Source: Eledone cirrhosa (taxonomy: Eukaryota). Taken from it: DNA of 64,000 nt. The position numbers were made by a program, and so were the translations under genes. Shown here in pieces: positions 60,631 to 64,000 of the stretch (position 1 is its first letter; each line of letters opens with the position of its first letter). The stretch lies in contig OZ024748.1 of the NCBI GenBank assembly GCA_964016885.1, positions 13,578,001 through 13,642,000 of the forward strand. The letters run 5' to 3'. The notes beneath the pieces were generated by a model, which was given only the letters and a program-made list of their open reading frames with translations, did no database searches and was not told where the DNA came from.

Positions 60631-61322
60631 ATTTTTCTCTCTGTCTCTCTTTCTCTATCTATGTTTCACAAACAAACTCAAAATGATAAAAGGTCACAAT
60701 AAATTTAAATTGACTTCAGTAATTTGACTGTTAATTATTCTAATTAACCCACAATAATAAAACTTAAGTTCCATCTCGTGTTGAACTCAGAAGCTAAGAA
60801 CAAAGATTTTGCCTGATATCATGGCGACACACTTCGTCCAACTTAAAAGAAAGATTTCTTCTGAAAAAGGAATCGAATGCCATACATTCTCGGGTGCATG
60901 AATATATTTAACTATTATATTGTTTTTATCAGAAGTCGATCGAAACATTTATCGAAGTCATTGTGATCAAAGAAAGCCGAAGTTTTCGTCGGCGAACGCG
61001 AGATTTCATCGAACGTGGTGAGATTCAACTCAAAATCTTAAACTATGTCATCGAAATACGGAATAACGATTTCACCGACGTTCTGCTAAATATGTCAGGC
61101 CTCATGCATTTTTGTTTTGATGGACACTCTACTGGTTTTGTTATCCTACAACTATTTTTCCAACGCTAATAAGGAAAGGAGCACCACAACCACCACCACC
61201 ACCACCAGCACCATTATCATCCTCATCATCACAATCGACGCCATCACCAACAGCACCACCACTATCATCATCATCATCACAATTGACACCATCACCAACA
61301 TTGCCACCAGTACAAGTGGCAC

Positions 61323-61355
<33 letters not shown>

Positions 61356-61831
61356 TATCATTCCGAGCATTGCTTGAAAGATGGGTGAGAGAGGCAAGAA
61401 TGGCCCGAGTGAATAGACATACTCTGAGTATATGCCTGTAAATTGAAGGTGGAAAACTAGGAGAGGACACTTGCCCTGGTGGTCAGGGTTACCGTGGCTT
61501 TTTTTAATGGGCTTTCTCCACGATGGCCCTCGGAAGTCTCCCCCCCCCCTCTATTGGGGAATTTTTCATTGTTCTTTTATTACATCCTCTGTTTTTTTTT
61601 TGTTTTTTTTACACGCAGAAATGCCCATTTGTACCGTCCTGTATTGTCCTGTACTGTCCTTAATGTCTACTTTGTGTAAACCCTTGTGCTTAATAAAGAA
61701 AGCATTATTATTATTATCATTAAACACAAGACAACTTTCTATTCCTTTTTCAGATCGAAGAACCTTTTATTATCTCGTATATTTCTTCTGAATTTCCTCC
61801 CCTGTCTTCCACACACACATACATAGACACA

Positions 61832-61923
<92 letters not shown>

Positions 61924-62415
61924 CGGAGAGAGAGACACACTGATACACACATACACAAATACACAAACACCGAATTTCCTCCCCTGTTTTCCACACACAC
62001 ACAGAGAGAGAGAGAGACAGAGAGAGAGGCACACAGATACCCACACATACACACAAATACACAAACACACAAACAAACACCGACACAAAAACGCAAAATG
62101 GATTTCTGGGAACTTCTAACAAAAGGCACCAGGAACTATTCATGAAAAATTGATGAAGATTTTGAAAACCTTTGTCATATGTCTGGAATAAAAATGAGAC
62201 AATTTAAAATGCCTTTAATGGAATTTCTTTAACCCTCTCTATAACAACAATACGGTTACATATTATATTCCATGTTCATCCCATGTTTTGCTTTTGTCAT
62301 TTTTTTTTCTTCCACTTCCATTTCAATCTTGAACAGCCATATTTTTTTGTGGGGGAAAACTCATTTTTGGATTTTAGCATTATTAATGCCGTAGCTCTTG
62401 TTGTTGTTGTTGTTA

Positions 62416-62453
<38 letters not shown>

Positions 62454-63249
62454 GTTATTTTTATTATTATGAAATATTAAATATTCTATGATGGAAAGTT
62501 CAGGTTCCATATCTACAACAATAACAAAAAAAAAAAATAAAATAAAATAAAATAATATAGAAGACAAGTATTCGAAAGATTGTGTGATCAGAATTTCTTC
62601 TACTTCTTAGCGCAAAGTAATTTAACAAAAACGATTCTTGCTATTCCAAATGATTTGTTTTCATTGTTATCAATGTTATTATTAGTATTTGTACTGTTGC
62701 TTTTGTTGTTTCATGTTGTTTATGGTGTTCGTCACTTTCACTTTTTATTTTATATTATAATCTTCATCTTCTTTCTCAAGTTCTCTGTTTCCTCTTGGAC
62801 TCCGCCTGCAGAGGTGGTGTCAATACAGCGGAGGAGGGAAAATTGTGTTTCAGATTTTGATTAAATGGACAATAGTAAAACCTTATATCTAAAACTCGTT
62901 GCGCAATAGATTCAGCAACTTTGAAATAGATAAAAATGTATAGCGACGACAATCTAGCAATGTCCCCAAAACAGATATGACTGCATGTATGCATTACATA
63001 ATTTAGGAAACTGTTTGCTGATGGATTTCTCTGGAATTCAGCTCGTGTATCAACATTAATGCCATGCGGCTCATATCGAAATTTCTAAACATACCCCTAA
63101 TAACAATGATTATAAACACAATCGAGCATTCCTGTTAAATTTTCTCCACAATTCATGATTTGCCATTGCAGCAGACAACTGCTCACTACTGATGTTAATC
63201 TTGGAAAATAAATAATTTTCTATATAGATAATAAACACAACCACAAGGA

Positions 63250-63605
63250 TATGGTCCGAACGTGGAAGAGCCTCCATCTCTCTCACCCTCTCCATCTCTC
63301 TCCATGGTGAGAAAATGGGGTCCCACGTGCTGGCCTCCCCACAGCTCCGTCTGAGGGCTGATAGATGAAGGTTCGAGAAGGTCTCCCTCTACTGCGTCTC
63401 CTGTGAGCTGGTTCTCACAATAGTAACGTATGTATGACTTTTTGCTTACTTCTTCAGCAATGTTCTTCAAATCGCAACCGTAGTTGTTATCTTCGGCAAG
63501 TTTTCGTATGAATTTTTATTTGTAATACGATGACGCTAGTTTATGTTTTAAACGACTATAAGCATTTTGGTGTATGCACCATCTAGATTCTTCTCAAGTT
63601 GTATC
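63250..63605 (-). pseudogene. degraded RTE-like LINE 3' fragment
   Basis: LEKNLDGAYTKML and NLPKIT correspond to the LDGCYTRMLR and Y..LP.VS motifs of the other RTE fragments; multiple stops. Confidence 0.55.
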
Positions 63606-64000
63606 ATACTACCATTAATGCTATCCAATGAGATTCTGTTATCTATGAAAATGTATTTCCACCACCTAACTTGAATGAAAAAAATACTAATCCTCTTCAG
63701 AAGTAGATAATTCACAATCATTTCTCTCAAGCAGATGATATTAGAGTGGAACTTATTGTTATAAAGGAAACCATGAAACATTTCTGGCTATAAAAATAAA
63801 ACCTTATAATATAAAACATACAAACTATACATATAACATAACCAGGAAAAAAAAATTATAGATGAACACTCAGATGTAACGAATTATGTTGTAATGTTAA
63901 ACACCAAGCATTCCCTAGACGCTCCTATATATCAGCAACTATTTAATACGATCCATACAAAATTTACTCACAGAATTTAAAGATTTACACATTTCTATAA

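Noticed and set aside
62776-62994. ICFGDIARLSS resembling the RT motif FADDIALLS
   Set aside because: Too degenerate, and out of order relative to the neighbouring LINE 3' fragment.

Overview
AT-rich, microsatellite-saturated animal genomic DNA; the repeat and SINE content looks cephalopod/Octopus-like, which is inference only. Nearly all ORFs in the supplied track are artefacts of (TA)n, (CA)n, (GA)n and triplet repeats. One credible host CDS is present: an intronless FAM177A-like ORF at 22970-23422. Also present are an internally deleted mariner, two TA-flanked Tc1/mariner-type MITEs, two tRNA-derived SINE families, RTE-type LINE fragments (two with 5' inversions), a tRNA-like cloverleaf and a 2.8 kb triplet-based minisatellite. 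The main observation is that many short unique islands between (TA)n tracts are fold-back or 5'-inverted elements carrying type I hammerhead ribozyme motifs (stem I-CUGANGA-stem II-GAAA-stem III-UH-stem I). They fall into about ten sequence-distinct families and include compensatory stem changes, U3-A8 and C4 core variants, and head-to-head pairs on both strands. Two sit next to Penelope-like endonuclease C-terminal remnants, so they are best read as Penelope-like pseudo-LTR or retrozyme-type elements. All folds were paired by eye; no searches were run.
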